Part shown: positions 23,101-33,000 of the stretch, in pieces
Layout: every line of letters starts with the position of its first letter
Position numbering within the stretch: position 1 is the stretch's first letter
Virus record (IMG/VR): IMGVR_UViG_3300020413_000006
Coordinates: 11,496-75,495 of that record
DNA from: a virus
Strand: one strand, 5' to 3'
Length of the DNA: 64,000 nucleotides
Notes under the pieces: generated by a model
Database searches by the model: none
What the model was told of the DNA's origin: nothing
The model's input: only the letters and a program-made list of their open reading frames with translations
Program-made: the position numbers and the translations under genes

Positions 23101-24427
23101 CACTGAACTTACTCTGTGCAGTGTCAATTTGTGTATCACCAAATCTACTTAATATCTTTGCTGGTTTTGTTGTAGTTACAAATTCACCAGTTCCTTTACC
23201 ATTGATATAGATGTAAGTTCCATCATTAGATGCAACAACACCACGACCAACTGCCTTCTTATAAGTTACATTACTAGAAGATATAGTACCAGAACCTGAT
23301 GTAAAGGTTACGGTATTATTATCTACTTTAGTTACTTGGTAGAATCCATCTGTAGCACCACCACTAATAAAGTCTGCGTAGATATAATCATTAGATACTA
23401 GACCATGTGCTGTTCTTGTTAAAGTAACAGTGGTTCCAGATCTTGTATATGTTCCTGACTGGAATCCATCTTCCAACTGGTATGCAACTTCACTTGTGTT
23501 GAATGTACCAGCAGTACCACCTAATTTTAATCTTGTTTGTCCTGTGCCATATTTACCTGTAGCACCTTGAATACCTTGTACACCAATAGATGCAAAATAG
23601 TTGAAGCAATTTAACCACTCGACTCTAATACCATTAGTTGCAATTAAACCAATATTACCAGGTGTAATAAATGTACATTCGTTGAATAGTACAGAAGCAT
23701 GTTGTGAGGATGAAGATATGTTGGCACCATCAAGCTTAGCACCACGTCCTGCATCTCCTTGTGCAAATCCATAAGGATCTGAACCAGATACTACACTACC
23801 TTTAGTTGTTACTGTAACTCTCTCAACATAAGGACTTGTAGTTGAATCTACTGATGTTCCTAATACAAAACCGTACCCAGTATCACCACTACTATCATAT
23901 AAAAAATCTTTAATTGTCAAATCAGATACTTGACAATCACCATTTAGAACTATTGCGTTATTGCTCTGCGTTGCATTCGTTGGTTTTATCTTTGTCGCAC
24001 GTAAGTTTGTACCACGTACTGTAACACCATCAGGAATTGTTAGTGGAAATACTTCTTGGAATTCACCTGGTGCAATCATGATGCAGTCACCAGATGTTGC
24101 TTTGGTAAGTGCCTTTGTTATTGTAAGGAATGGAGTGTCTGGATGTTTACCATTAGCACTACCATGACCTAGCAAATCATTATCTGATCCTACTGATGCG
24201 ACATAATAAGTATTACCCTGACCATTCGTGATGTCAGCATTAAGCATCGCAGTGGTGATTTCACCAGTTGCAGGTTCAGCGTTTGCTACCTCGACTATAT
24301 TAGAGCCGTCTCTGACGTAGATCTTTTTATCAGCGGTGTTTACCGCAACTTCACCATCAAGGAGTGTGGAAGTCGTCGGAGCCGCTGCTGCTGTGCTCGA
24401 TCTCTTTAGCTTGATTCTCGTTGCCAT
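17147..24427 (-). CDS. Large virion structural/fibre protein (2426 aa) with LamG and cupredoxin-like domains
   Basis: N-terminal IKLKRS..AP..L..GEVAV anchor, DUF1565-like motif, LamG (SILFDG...WTLEAFIRP...WYHVAV...GNIDEIRI), GSGYxxP repeats, and 'RGNTYRFD...HPL...YTCTQHGQSM'. Confidence 0.85.
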   Translation of the reverse strand: MATRIKLKRSSTAAAAPTTSTLLDGEVAVNTADKKIYVRDGSNIVEVANAEPATGEITTAMLNADITNGQGNTYYVASVGSDNDLLGHGSANGKHPDTPFLTITKALTKATSGDCIMIAPGEFQEVFPLTIPDGVTVRGTNLRATKIKPTNATQSNNAIVLNGDCQVSDLTIKDFLYDSSGDTGYGFVLGTSVDSTTSPYVERVTVTTKGSVVSGSDPYGFAQGDAGRGAKLDGANISSSSQHASVLFNECTFITPGNIGLIATNGIRVEWLNCFNYFASIGVQGIQGATGKYGTGQTRLKLGGTAGTFNTSEVAYQLEDGFQSGTYTRSGTTVTLTRTAHGLVSNDYIYADFISGGATDGFYQVTKVDNNTVTFTSGSGTISSSNVTYKKAVGRGVVASNDGTYIYINGKGTGEFVTTTKPAKILSRFGDTQIDTAQSKFSGGSILFDGTQDNLQVPADGDFGFGTANWTLEAFIRPTSVSGIQRIFDLRNASATDTAPTVYMNGTTLHYAVGNSSQISGGTLAINTWYHVAVSRSAGTTRLFLDGTELGSSYTDTNDYGSSKPVVVGSNYDTSSPTEAFAGNIDEIRIKKAQGSYSGNFTPTTGEFSSDLFTVLLLHGGGNDATTTFTDSSGGTSDIRSSGGDSATVVTTADYAQFGAELRSAASACVYGTKGVQADGAGVKLILSGHNFGYVGSGADYTNDPSLAIQANEVEELNSGKVLYSSTDHEGDFRVGDALTVDASTGNVQFAATSSAQSAANITLSDSTGTTNIYPAYVETGNLRLAGNSVTSTSGKIILDPAGDEDITLNGQVIAPENIYFASNRLASIIGTGNSSCAFTVGSYTQAGFSSYGIFSNKNFAINKKALNLTTGLTISNEGTGYDAGQYQAPLLSNPDQVATATATLATNGSIGDITVSSGGNGLYQQTPDISANLTPVSGSISFLVSLSTAARVAQIAITSGGSGYTSPNLTLSAPPTNAFDANSAISTSGNTITFTSSWVNNGDQVTYDNNGNSDLNGLSNGTSYYVVNADTVNNTIQLSATSGGSPISLTAAATPNELHNFQGITATATATVSAGAISAITINNAGSGYVTGAAPSLTISETGAGITDASLTVNLGSQVATVSTTGNAVYTTTPTLTVTANTNDPTGSGATLSVANMTYQVASLTLNGGGYGYSEIPLVSFVGTSQTTAIASAILDTELGQVSGLTLTSGGDGYTSAPTVLINGGSGSGAQASITVLPFGGNILSGGSGYAVGTYQNVSLTGGDGTGATATLTVAGLTGTISNAGTGGTESSYQQIDIYANAPAATYTVTVANRGLFEFVAGGGFTGTVNVGNTATGGTSGATATVSYVDSGSNFAYYDLATIANGPFQQGETVTFTSGGSGVLDTAPIETYRYFIDTGSGAVEAPNLTMVRGNTYRFDMSDTTNTNHPLSLDGTSLADTVNFGVRTYGSPGTAGSFVDFVIKQNATPSTNTVFYTCTQHGQSMSESSFIAITTGTAGVYGDGGQIDVTVGASGAVTAVAFSTGGQGTGWKAGDVVRVASPSLIGNTNNFTYTINSNDTSISSLTDIVSSGSGYNIGNVLSCDDADVGAGGGSGFQFTVTKVGYASSVVLSDGGNAFFTGQTVVFDTTNFAGLGDNGSNFALTAATIDTSEVTTIASSGALKSAEYNISASGILTMGSTGNTSTVSNDAITTGTIATRGDITAQAAVSIGTTLGVNGISTLTGNLVANGTDNFVDNAKLKIQAGTAAAPAIQLAADTGSGFYRSAANELSYSGAGVQKIKMSDTVLETANNLIVDSVLGAANPYFKVDPTAETTTIGTVQSGLQINNAAEITAAGIDANIPVTITPKGTGNLILKGGTDVQFEVNDGTTAQFTIDSITGDTDIKGNLKVDTALEIKRSTINNADIGGTASFGELVACTVTGTGSGYTDGSYNAVTATGTSGLGTGATFTVVVSGGAITSVTPTAATRGYNYYIGDNITLNPTTIGSGTGNTVTVSDTQGQGLVLKPGGGKSVWVNSTGAFVIPSGTTNQRPGTSDRLAGAIRFNSTQLQFEGFNGNDFVSLGGVRDVDQDTYILTEVSPSSDEDTFEFYAAGVNCLSLDKDKFVLKNAKQFDVPGTAIFNGTSAGDPFSVTFSGANIASFRSKKDFEISNGLRFRGVPTQGTISAIGTETASTGAYGVSQSYSGVVSVAQFEGTGATFNVTTNGSGNIDQINIATGGDFYEAQEVITITGDLLGGATPANDVTFPVTTLSNTKSPFARTDVIQQDFVTRLDSKAFISLDANGSECAWKINRGWNGGTTSYLTVFDSTGDFVELDDCRVEGGQLTSFTANAAITQFDKTSYKGAKTLITIESNDGKVHMLEVTTICAAAGTTAHATVTNSVTSDNDLVDATIAVAGSNVNISLAKSSAASSSTSFTGRFTTTKVKV

Positions 24428-24578
24428 CTAAAGCATTCTCATTAGAATTTTGTTCGGTTATAGTATTTAACTGAGTTTGCAAATCAGCGATTTGTGCCTC
24501 CAGCATCACATTTGTTAAAGTCAGTTCAGAAATTTTCTTTTGTAATGTGTTAATAACAATTTGTACGTTCATGTTCAT
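24357..24578 (-). CDS. Small coiled-coil protein (MNMNVQIVINTLQKKISEL...)
   Basis: Heptad pattern. Start at 24578 (or 24572) lies just after the upstream stop. The 3' end overlaps the next gene. Confidence 0.7.
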   Translation of the reverse strand: MNMNVQIVINTLQKKISELTLTNVMLEAQIADLQTQLNTITEQNSNENALDGNENQAKEIEHSSSGSDDFHTP

Positions 24579-24583
24579 GTAGT

Positions 24584-26260
24584 TCAGAAAGTTCCACCAT
24601 CGAGGGTATTTGTCCATACAGGAACGCCACCAGAAGTGACTGTTAGTACCTGATAGGAAGTTGTGGCATCGTCACCTGTGCCAGGTGATGCCATGTTAGC
24701 AGCTGAGGTTACTTGTAATGCTCCAGTATTGTTACCGTAAGGTATACCATTTGCAACAAATTGACTTACACCAGTACCACCGTACTGTACTTCTAAGTCT
24801 GTATCTAATTCTAGGTCTCCTAGTACAACTGTACCACGATTACCTGTTACACCAAATACAGTTCCTGTATCCGTTGCATCTTCAATAAATGTCCATGCAC
24901 CGTTTCCATCAGCACCACCTGTACGGTCATAACCGAAGAAACCAAATTTAGCAGCTGCACCAGTGTAGTAGTGTACTTTAACACCACGGTCTAATGCATC
25001 ATTACTAGATCTAGTAACGGTTAATGTAGTACCAGATGCAATGATAGCATTGGTTGCTTGAGACAATGTAAGAGTCTTAGTTCCAGTATTGATACTAGAA
25101 ATTGTTGTTGAACTAGGTATTCCAGATGCAGCAGTGATTGCGTCTCCTGCAGCAATTCCAGTTACTTTATCAACCACAATTGTAGTTGCTCCTGAGGCAG
25201 TAGAGCCTTGAGAGGTCAATACAGATGTTGGGTCTCCCAACTCAATAGTAGGATCATTAACAGACATTGAAGCACTATTAACAGTTGTTGTAGTACCATC
25301 AATCTGTAAGTCACCTTTAATAATAACTAAACCTTCAGCGTCACCACCAGCTGGAAACGGGTCAAGAATCATCTCAGTACCAGAGGTAGTAGAGATAACA
25401 TTGCCATCCATCTTCAGACTGTCGATTGTGAACTGTCCTGTTTGCGATATATCAGCGTTTATACTTGTTGTTCCGTTGAAGGTAACGCCATTCGCAAAAA
25501 CCGTAGTGGAGTTAACAGTCAGATTATCGCCAGAGGCATCTCCTACTGTAGCATCCCCTTCAACGAGGAGAGACCCTACAGAGGCTTTACCAGCGATACC
25601 CGCTCCACCAGCGACTTGGAAGGCACCAGTTGTACTTGAAGTAGATGCAGTTACATCAGAAACTTTAATGGCAACGCCATTATCGTATTCCCAATCAGCA
25701 CCATCTACTCTTACTTTATCAAGAGTTGTTTCATCATATCGGATTCCACCGTCTTTATTAGTACCGAAGTACAGACGCATATCATCCTGTATACGTAAAT
25801 CAGGAGAACCAGCAGCTCTCTTGATATCTAATGCTGCATCTCCATCTGTAAAGACGAGTTCTACATCACCAGTTGTTCCGAATTCTAATTCTTGCCCGTC
25901 TTCGATGACGAGTTTACCCGTACCATTGGCACGGAAAATTAAATCTGCATCAGTGGTTGATGTTGTAATGACATTTGCATTAAGAGTAATGTCGTCAACA
26001 TTCCATTGATCTATTTTTGAGTTACTATCTACTAAGACAGATGAACTCGCTGTAAGTGTACCATGGACATGATCTAACATATCCATAAAATATCTACCAC
26101 CTACAACCTGAGCAGCACCGTTATTGTCTCCGACAAATACACGGTCTCCTGCGTTTGCTTGTGTACCGTTAGCACCTGTTGTTACTGCTAGTTCACCGAA
26201 CGTAATAGTACCTGGTGCAACTGATCCAGTACTCCTTTTAATTAGGATATTTGATGCCAT
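24584..26260 (-). CDS. Tail fibre-like virion protein (558 aa)
   Basis: Shares the ILIKRS..AP....GELAV N-terminus with the 2426-aa protein; C-terminal LDGGTF. Confidence 0.8.
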   Translation of the reverse strand: MASNILIKRSTGSVAPGTITFGELAVTTGANGTQANAGDRVFVGDNNGAAQVVGGRYFMDMLDHVHGTLTASSSVLVDSNSKIDQWNVDDITLNANVITTSTTDADLIFRANGTGKLVIEDGQELEFGTTGDVELVFTDGDAALDIKRAAGSPDLRIQDDMRLYFGTNKDGGIRYDETTLDKVRVDGADWEYDNGVAIKVSDVTASTSSTTGAFQVAGGAGIAGKASVGSLLVEGDATVGDASGDNLTVNSTTVFANGVTFNGTTSINADISQTGQFTIDSLKMDGNVISTTSGTEMILDPFPAGGDAEGLVIIKGDLQIDGTTTTVNSASMSVNDPTIELGDPTSVLTSQGSTASGATTIVVDKVTGIAAGDAITAASGIPSSTTISSINTGTKTLTLSQATNAIIASGTTLTVTRSSNDALDRGVKVHYYTGAAAKFGFFGYDRTGGADGNGAWTFIEDATDTGTVFGVTGNRGTVVLGDLELDTDLEVQYGGTGVSQFVANGIPYGNNTGALQVTSAANMASPGTGDDATTSYQVLTVTSGGVPVWTNTLDGGTF

Positions 26261-26481
26261 TAGAAGCTACCTCCATTGATTGTCACGTTACTTAAGACAT
26301 TTGTTGCTACAAATTTTGTTTGTGCTTGATCGTAGACAAGCATTGATCCGTTTGCTAATCCACCTTGAGATGTGTCTGTCAAATCTACATCAGACAGTCC
26401 ACCAAGTGAACCACCACCGCCACCAGCAGCGACACGTGTTACCTTTGGAATTGATTGATCACCAAATCTTAGTCTTGCCAT
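26260..26481 (-). CDS. Small virion structural protein (73 aa)
   Basis: LGGLSDVD...NGGSF motif; stop/start coupling on both sides. Confidence 0.75.
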   Translation of the reverse strand: MARLRFGDQSIPKVTRVAAGGGGGSLGGLSDVDLTDTSQGGLANGSMLVYDQAQTKFVATNVLSNVTINGGSF

Positions 26482-26819
26482 TAGAGTGTTACTCCCTCAA
26501 GTACGCTTACAGAACCTTCTAACACTCGCGTCTTTTGCCCAGTGGTCGAAGTAATAACTACATCATATACATATCTCCCCGCCTTCATTGCGGTAGTGAC
26601 AGCGTTGCCAAGAGATAATTGAACCTGTCCAGCAGTTGCAGGAGTCAGTATTGCTCCAGTCACAGTAGTGGACGTACTACTAGTATAGTGCTTCTTTATT
26701 TGACATGCTACTGAATATCCAGTTAAGTCGAACAGAGTTCCATTATCATTCTCGATAGTGAAATCGGTGATAAAATCAGCACCCTGATAGATTATGAGGT
26801 TGGATACAGCAGAAGCCAT
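26481..26819 (-). CDS. Virion structural protein (Ig-like/BppU-like, 112 aa)
   Basis: 'NL.I.QGADF...DLTGY...GRYVYDV...RVLEG' conserved myovirus motif. Confidence 0.8.
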   Translation of the reverse strand: MASAVSNLIIYQGADFITDFTIENDNGTLFDLTGYSVACQIKKHYTSSTSTTVTGAILTPATAGQVQLSLGNAVTTAMKAGRYVYDVVITSTTGQKTRVLEGSVSVLEGVTL

Positions 26820-26837
26820 AGTTCAAAGAATTTCCTA

Positions 26838-26848
26838 TATTTATTTAG
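26838..26848 (-). promoter_or_regulatory. Probable late promoter (CTAAATA / ATAAATA)
   Basis: Two overlapping TAAATA cores in the intergenic gap upstream of the ATG at 26819. Confidence 0.5.
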
Positions 26849-26855
26849 CTCCTGA

Positions 26856-27065
26856 TTATTTATCCTCTTTTATAACTAAACCTTTTACTATTTCTTTTAG
26901 TTCCGCAACTTCTGCCTGTAAATCAGTCAAAGTTTTGTCTTTTTTCTTTGCGTTCTCTCTTGCTTTTAAATAAGCATCATACCCAGAAACATCTGTATTT
27001 AGAATCGCATTTGACTCTGGATCTCTGCCCAATGATGTATGTCCTTCAACTGGCATTAATTCCAT
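26856..27065 (-). CDS. Conserved small protein downstream of VrlC-like gene (69 aa)
   Basis: VEGH..L.RD..SNAILN motif plus a coiled-coil tail; TAATG coupling. Confidence 0.8.
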   Translation of the reverse strand: MELMPVEGHTSLGRDPESNAILNTDVSGYDAYLKARENAKKKDKTLTDLQAEVAELKEIVKGLVIKEDK

Positions 27066-30000
27066 TATGCTAACGCGATACCTCTGAAATCTTTAACTCT
27101 AGGTATGTATGGTTGATTGTAACTGAGTAAACTGATCTTGACTTGGAAAGCATCAAACTCATCTGTGTCTTCTATAGAATACTCATAATCTGTAAATGTA
27201 GTCAAATCGTTTTGTGGAACTAAAGAACCGTTATCTGGTACACCTGTACTATTGAAGAATCTAAATTCTAGTTCATCTAAGTTACCTGTATATCCAACTG
27301 GGACTAACTTATACATAACAACTATCTTAGATTGTGTAAATGTATTAGCAGCAAGCATAACTTTTAGTCCAGTAGCACTCTTCTCTAGTCTTGCAACTTT
27401 AGTGATGTAGTTTCCTGCACACTCTCCACCGATACCAGTAGTAGGTTCAATATTGTTATATTGGTTAGCGTGTGTAATAACTGAGCATCTAGTTAAGTCA
27501 ACTACAGGAGATAAGTGTGAAACTTCAGAACTTAGGTTCAACTCCATAGTTAATGACTTTGTACTATTCATTCTATTAATTTCATTTAGTTCATTTGCAA
27601 CAACCTTAGTAGCACCAAAGTAGTTCTCCTCACCAACAGTAACGTCAATGTAAGTAGTATCTTTTGTAAATGATGTCTCAGCACTAGCACCAGATGGGAA
27701 AGGACCACAAGATGTTCCACTTGTTCCTAATAATCTAGTGACCATACTGGTCTTAGGTTCTAATTGACTCTGGATCTGAGGTGTAATTGCATCCCATGGA
27801 ACGTTCTGAGATACAGTTATGTTAGATCCACCACCAGTAATACCAGTAGTAGCAGTCTTATTTGTAATTTTAAGATGATAACTATGAGGACTATTAATTG
27901 ATATAAGTCCACCTGTAGTAGAATTGTGTGTAGTATTAACCAATGTTAGGGGTATACCATCAAAGTTGTAGCACTGTACCACTGCATTGTCTGCGTGTGC
28001 TAGTCCAGTTCCAGAACCTGATGTACCATTATGGTTTCTACCAGCAGAGTTAATAGTAATATCATTACCAGATATTCCTTCGTATGCAAGAATTTCATCA
28101 CCACTACCATCTTCAGCAGTTCCAAGTATCTTAATAAATCCAAGATTAGATGAACTAACAGCAGATCCACCTATTGTTGTATGGAACTGAGAAGCATCTG
28201 CAACTGTCAAAGTTGTTCCAGTGGTTGTAAAATTACCACTCATATTGATAGAAGTATCTGCTACCTCTGAAGTTACTCCTGTTACCTTAACATAGTTCAA
28301 TGCAGATTGCATACCATGATTACCGTGGAATACTCTAATCTCATCACTACCAGATGTAGTCTTGAGTGTATTCGTTGCAAGGTTTAGATAACCACCATTC
28401 TGTTCTCCTAACTGTGCATTCTCTAGTATAAGTTTACTAGGTGCTGCTGTTGTTGGAAGTGTAAACTCTGCTCTGTACATCTTAAACATTAGATCTTCAA
28501 ACTGAGAAGGAGTCCAAGTAGATGCGTTTTGTGACTTGAATAGAACACCGATATATGGTTGCTCAGATATTTTCTCACCTTGATGTGCTGCATCAATCGC
28601 ATCCTTACCAAGAAGTGAAATGAATACCTTGAACTGATTAGAGTCAGATGTAACCACCATAGAATGCTCAGACCTATATGGAATGAATACAGGTGCTTTG
28701 AATGTAAATGTTGTTGGCACTGAAGCATCAGTAGATGTAAATACATCAGCTGCTTGCTTAACTACCTTAGAGAATGGTAATACTGTTTGTGTAGGAGTAC
28801 CATTTTCTACAGTTCTAATATCAATCGCTACAGGAATCTCAGCATCTTTCTGTTGGAAGAATAAGTCAATCTTAGTTAAGAATACTCCACCTTCTAAATT
28901 AGAATCTTCAATCAAGAATGTTTGTGCAAGTGGGTCAGTCCATCTTGTCTCTTCTGCAGATGTCTCAGTAACACTAGTTAATGTTCTGGAATCATACTGA
29001 TCCTCAGATGTAATCTTAGCATTTCTAACAGAGATGATTGTCTCTTGTGTAGTCTGTAATATACCAGATGACTCAAATTCTGCCTCACCGTTAGAATCAG
29101 ATATACCAACAACCTTACTATTAGAGGCAGAGTCACTAAGTCTGAATAGTTTTGTACCTGTCTTAAACTTAAGATTACCCGCAGTATTGGGTGCATCAAT
29201 AAAGAATGAACCTCTAAGATTACCTTGTTTGTCAGTAACCATATCTTTATTAGATACTTTTGCAACAGCACCACTAGTCTCACCAACTAAGTAATCATTT
29301 AGTTTTGGTGATCCGTAGTAAGTTCCTTTTGCTTGATCTGCAAGAGATTTAGTATCAACATTAATAAATGCTAGGTTAGAAGTATAGTCTGCAGTAGCAC
29401 TGATATCTGTACCATCAAGAGGGTTAATTGAGAATACATCATTAGGTGATGATACTCTTGCCTTGAATCTAAATTTACCATTTCCTTTTTTAACATGTAC
29501 AGTTTCACCAATCTGGAATGGAATATTATTTGTCTGTGCATCAGTAGATGGATCTTTAATAACACCCATAATTTTTGGTGTTACCAACTTCTTAGGTAAT
29601 GCAATACCATCAAAGAATGCAAAGAACTTTGTCCTTGGTTTTAGTTTCTGACATGTAAATTCAATATTTCTAGAACGCATAAATTGAATATGCTCAACAG
29701 ATACAACTCTACTACCAAGAGACTGTTGTTCAACTACAGGTGTAACTCTGTATCTAATACCAGTTCTAGTTTGCTTGGTGGTTGTTGTAGCAGTTGTAGT
29801 AACAGTTCTACGTTGCTGTTGTCTACCTTTACCACCGCCACCTCTCCATGCACCAACATTCTGAGTTGTGGATGTTCCTGTCCAAGTTGTTTTCCAAGAG
29901 TTCCATTGTATTGGAGAAAATCCATTCTGATCAGCGTTAAATTCTCTAACTGTAGTTAAGAAATTACCCTCTGTGACAGGTCCTTGGATAGGATTTAATG

Positions 30001-33000
30001 ATGTTGTATCTACCCAATTATCTGATTCTGGATATAACTCTATGTCACCAACATATGTAAACACGTTGAATGGGTTGACGTTTTCCACAGCTGATGCATA
30101 TGGTTGGTCAATTAATACAGAAGATGTATATGGAAGTGTTATGATATCATCTGTCTGTGTAACGTTTTGCGAAGCTGTACTGTATGTAAGAGGTACTTGA
30201 GTTGTGTAGTGTGCTGGTCTAACATAACCCTGTTCAAAATCAGTTGATACTCTATAGTCAGGATGTAATGTATCTGCAGTAGCAAGACTTGCAAAGTTAT
30301 CAACTATAAAACCATTTTTAAATCTGCTAAGACCACTAACATCTCTAATCTCCATACTTGCAGTTTCACTTTCAAGTAAAGATAATTGAGTGTAATACTC
30401 CAGAGTTTTAATTCTGTCTTCTAGATATTGAATATCTCTAAATGTATATCTCTTATAGTTTGTTTCTTCTATAGTTACATCTTCATCAATATCAAACACG
30501 TATGCACTGTATTGTACAGTTGCTAATAACATGGCGTCTTCAACATCCTCAGGTGCTTGAGGTCTTGTGCTAGGTGCACCTTTAACTATTTGAATAACAC
30601 TATCTTTACTCATGTATACCTTATCAACACGTGGTAAGTAATATTGTAAACTTAAGATAGTAGTATCGCCTATGCCAGGTAATCCAGTTAAGTTACCAGT
30701 AAACGCCCTATTTGCAAAGTCAAAGAATTTTGTTTGACTTAATGTATATGGAGATGCCTGACTACCAGTTCCTGTTAACTTCTCAGGAACGATTGGTCTG
30801 TAGTCGATCATGTCTCTCAACTTATCAGACTCATATTTTGGAATAATTTTATACTCAGATGTAGGATATGAATCTACTGTGTATGGACTTGATCCATTAG
30901 TGGTAAGGAATCTATCAAAGATAATAAGTATTTTATGTGTGGGTGCAGCAAAACCTGGTTTTCTTACAATCCTAGAGTAATCATAATATTGATCTCTCTG
31001 TCCATCGTCTAGATCATATGTACTAGTAATGTTTGTTGAACCACTATCTACACTACCTGTAATTTTAAGGGTTGCAGTAGGTGCAGTTATTGTTTCTCCA
31101 GCAGTAAATACGTCATCCTCAACAGGTACATAGTAAATGTAATTACTTGTAGTAGATACTATTCTTGCTCTAGATCCAGAACTATCACCTTCAATTACAT
31201 CATCTATAGCAAGAGTTCCAAGTAAGTTTGTATATTGGAAATTAGGTATTACTGGATCACTTCCATTCTTAGACTCAAATACTGCTTTGACTTTAAATAC
31301 ATCAGCAGTACCAAGAGATATACTAGAGTCGTCTACTCTACTACCAAAACCACCAGCTACAGTTGTTAAATTATTTACAGCACTACCAGTTGTATCATCA
31401 ATCTTAAGAACCTTCATACGTTCTGTGGTCTTTGCTTTTGCTGACCTGTCAGATGAATAGACAGTTCCAGTAATTGTTATATTTCCACCACCATTAGATA
31501 AACCAGTCAACGCAATAGTCTGTGTATTAGCACTTGTACCACTTATACTAAATCCATTACCAGATGATAATATATCACCATCTCCAGTTCCTGATGTGAT
31601 GATAACTTGGAAGTCATCATTATCACCACCATTCTTCCATAGTAATCCTGCTCCTGCGTTTGCAGATGCTTCACCGCTACCATTAACAGTTGTGCTAACA
31701 CTGATTCTATAGTAACCAGCAGGGTTTTGTGTGTTGTTATTATTTGTATTCTTAACCGCAGCAAACCCTAGTGGTGTTAAGAGTTTCTTTTTATTTGCTT
31801 CCTTAATTTCTGGACGAGTTCTTATAATAGGACTTGTAAGTGCACTATTAGTTAATGCACCAGCACCAGCTTCAACTTTTTGAATAGTAAATGTGAAATT
31901 ATTAGTGACTGCAGTAACTTTACATTTATGTGCTAAGTTAGCATTTGAAAATTCTATTACGTCTCCTATTCTCAATTGAGACGCAAAATTAGACAATGTG
32001 GATGTGATAGTTGCAGTTTGAGATGCACCAGATCCACTTATACCTGAGACAATAGGACCTGAGCCAGGTAATGCTACCTTGACATCTAATACTGCATCAG
32101 CAGTTCCACCACCACTATTAAAAGCATAAGATTTTACATCACCAAAACCATATTTTCTAACACCACCAGATGCAATGGTTGCAAATGTGCTACCTTGTGC
32201 ATTGTTTGTTTTTAAAACTTCTCCTGCTACAAACTCACCATTAGTCTCATAGAGATATCCAGTAGTACCACTACCAGATACAACAAAACCTACAGCACCA
32301 CTAGTAGCACCATATAAAAGATTTCCAGCTGTCCATGTAACACTACCTGTCGCTACTATTTTAACGTAGAACTGTGTGTCTATGACATTTGTACGGTAAA
32401 CCGAACTTTGATTATTAATTGCTCCAGATTCATAAGAGAAGTTTATTGCTCTTGCTTGACCAATGACTGTACCAGCTGGTGTGCCAGGTGTAGCAGTCAG
32501 TGCATCCCTAAGTTCTATAGTTTCATATAGTGTAGGTGCTTGATGCTGATTAGTAGTGAGAATATAGTTACCAAAATCAGATGTAAGAGATTGATTTAAT
32601 TCTGTCTCAAATGTACGTGGTTTATCTATTTCTTTATATGTTGTTGATATCCTCTCAGTTCTGTAACCCTGAACATATGCACAACCTGAAGATAATTGAA
32701 TAGCAACATTCTCTTCACTAGGGGTAGTGCCAGCAGATGTTGTATCTGTTGCAGCATATACACCATTGTTAAATCCATCATCTAAACTTTCTCTAGCATC
32801 GAGTTTAAATTTCTTGACGTAATAGTTTCCAGACTCTTCTTTAGTTCTAGTGGCAAGAATATCATTGATAAAACTTAGATCACTACGTTCTACCTTCTTT
32901 TCAATCTTACCAATATTAGTTCTAAGTAACTCAATAAAGTCAGCAGAGTTAGGTGCTGAAACGACTTTTTTAACTAATGTTAAGTTGATCTTAAATCTAT

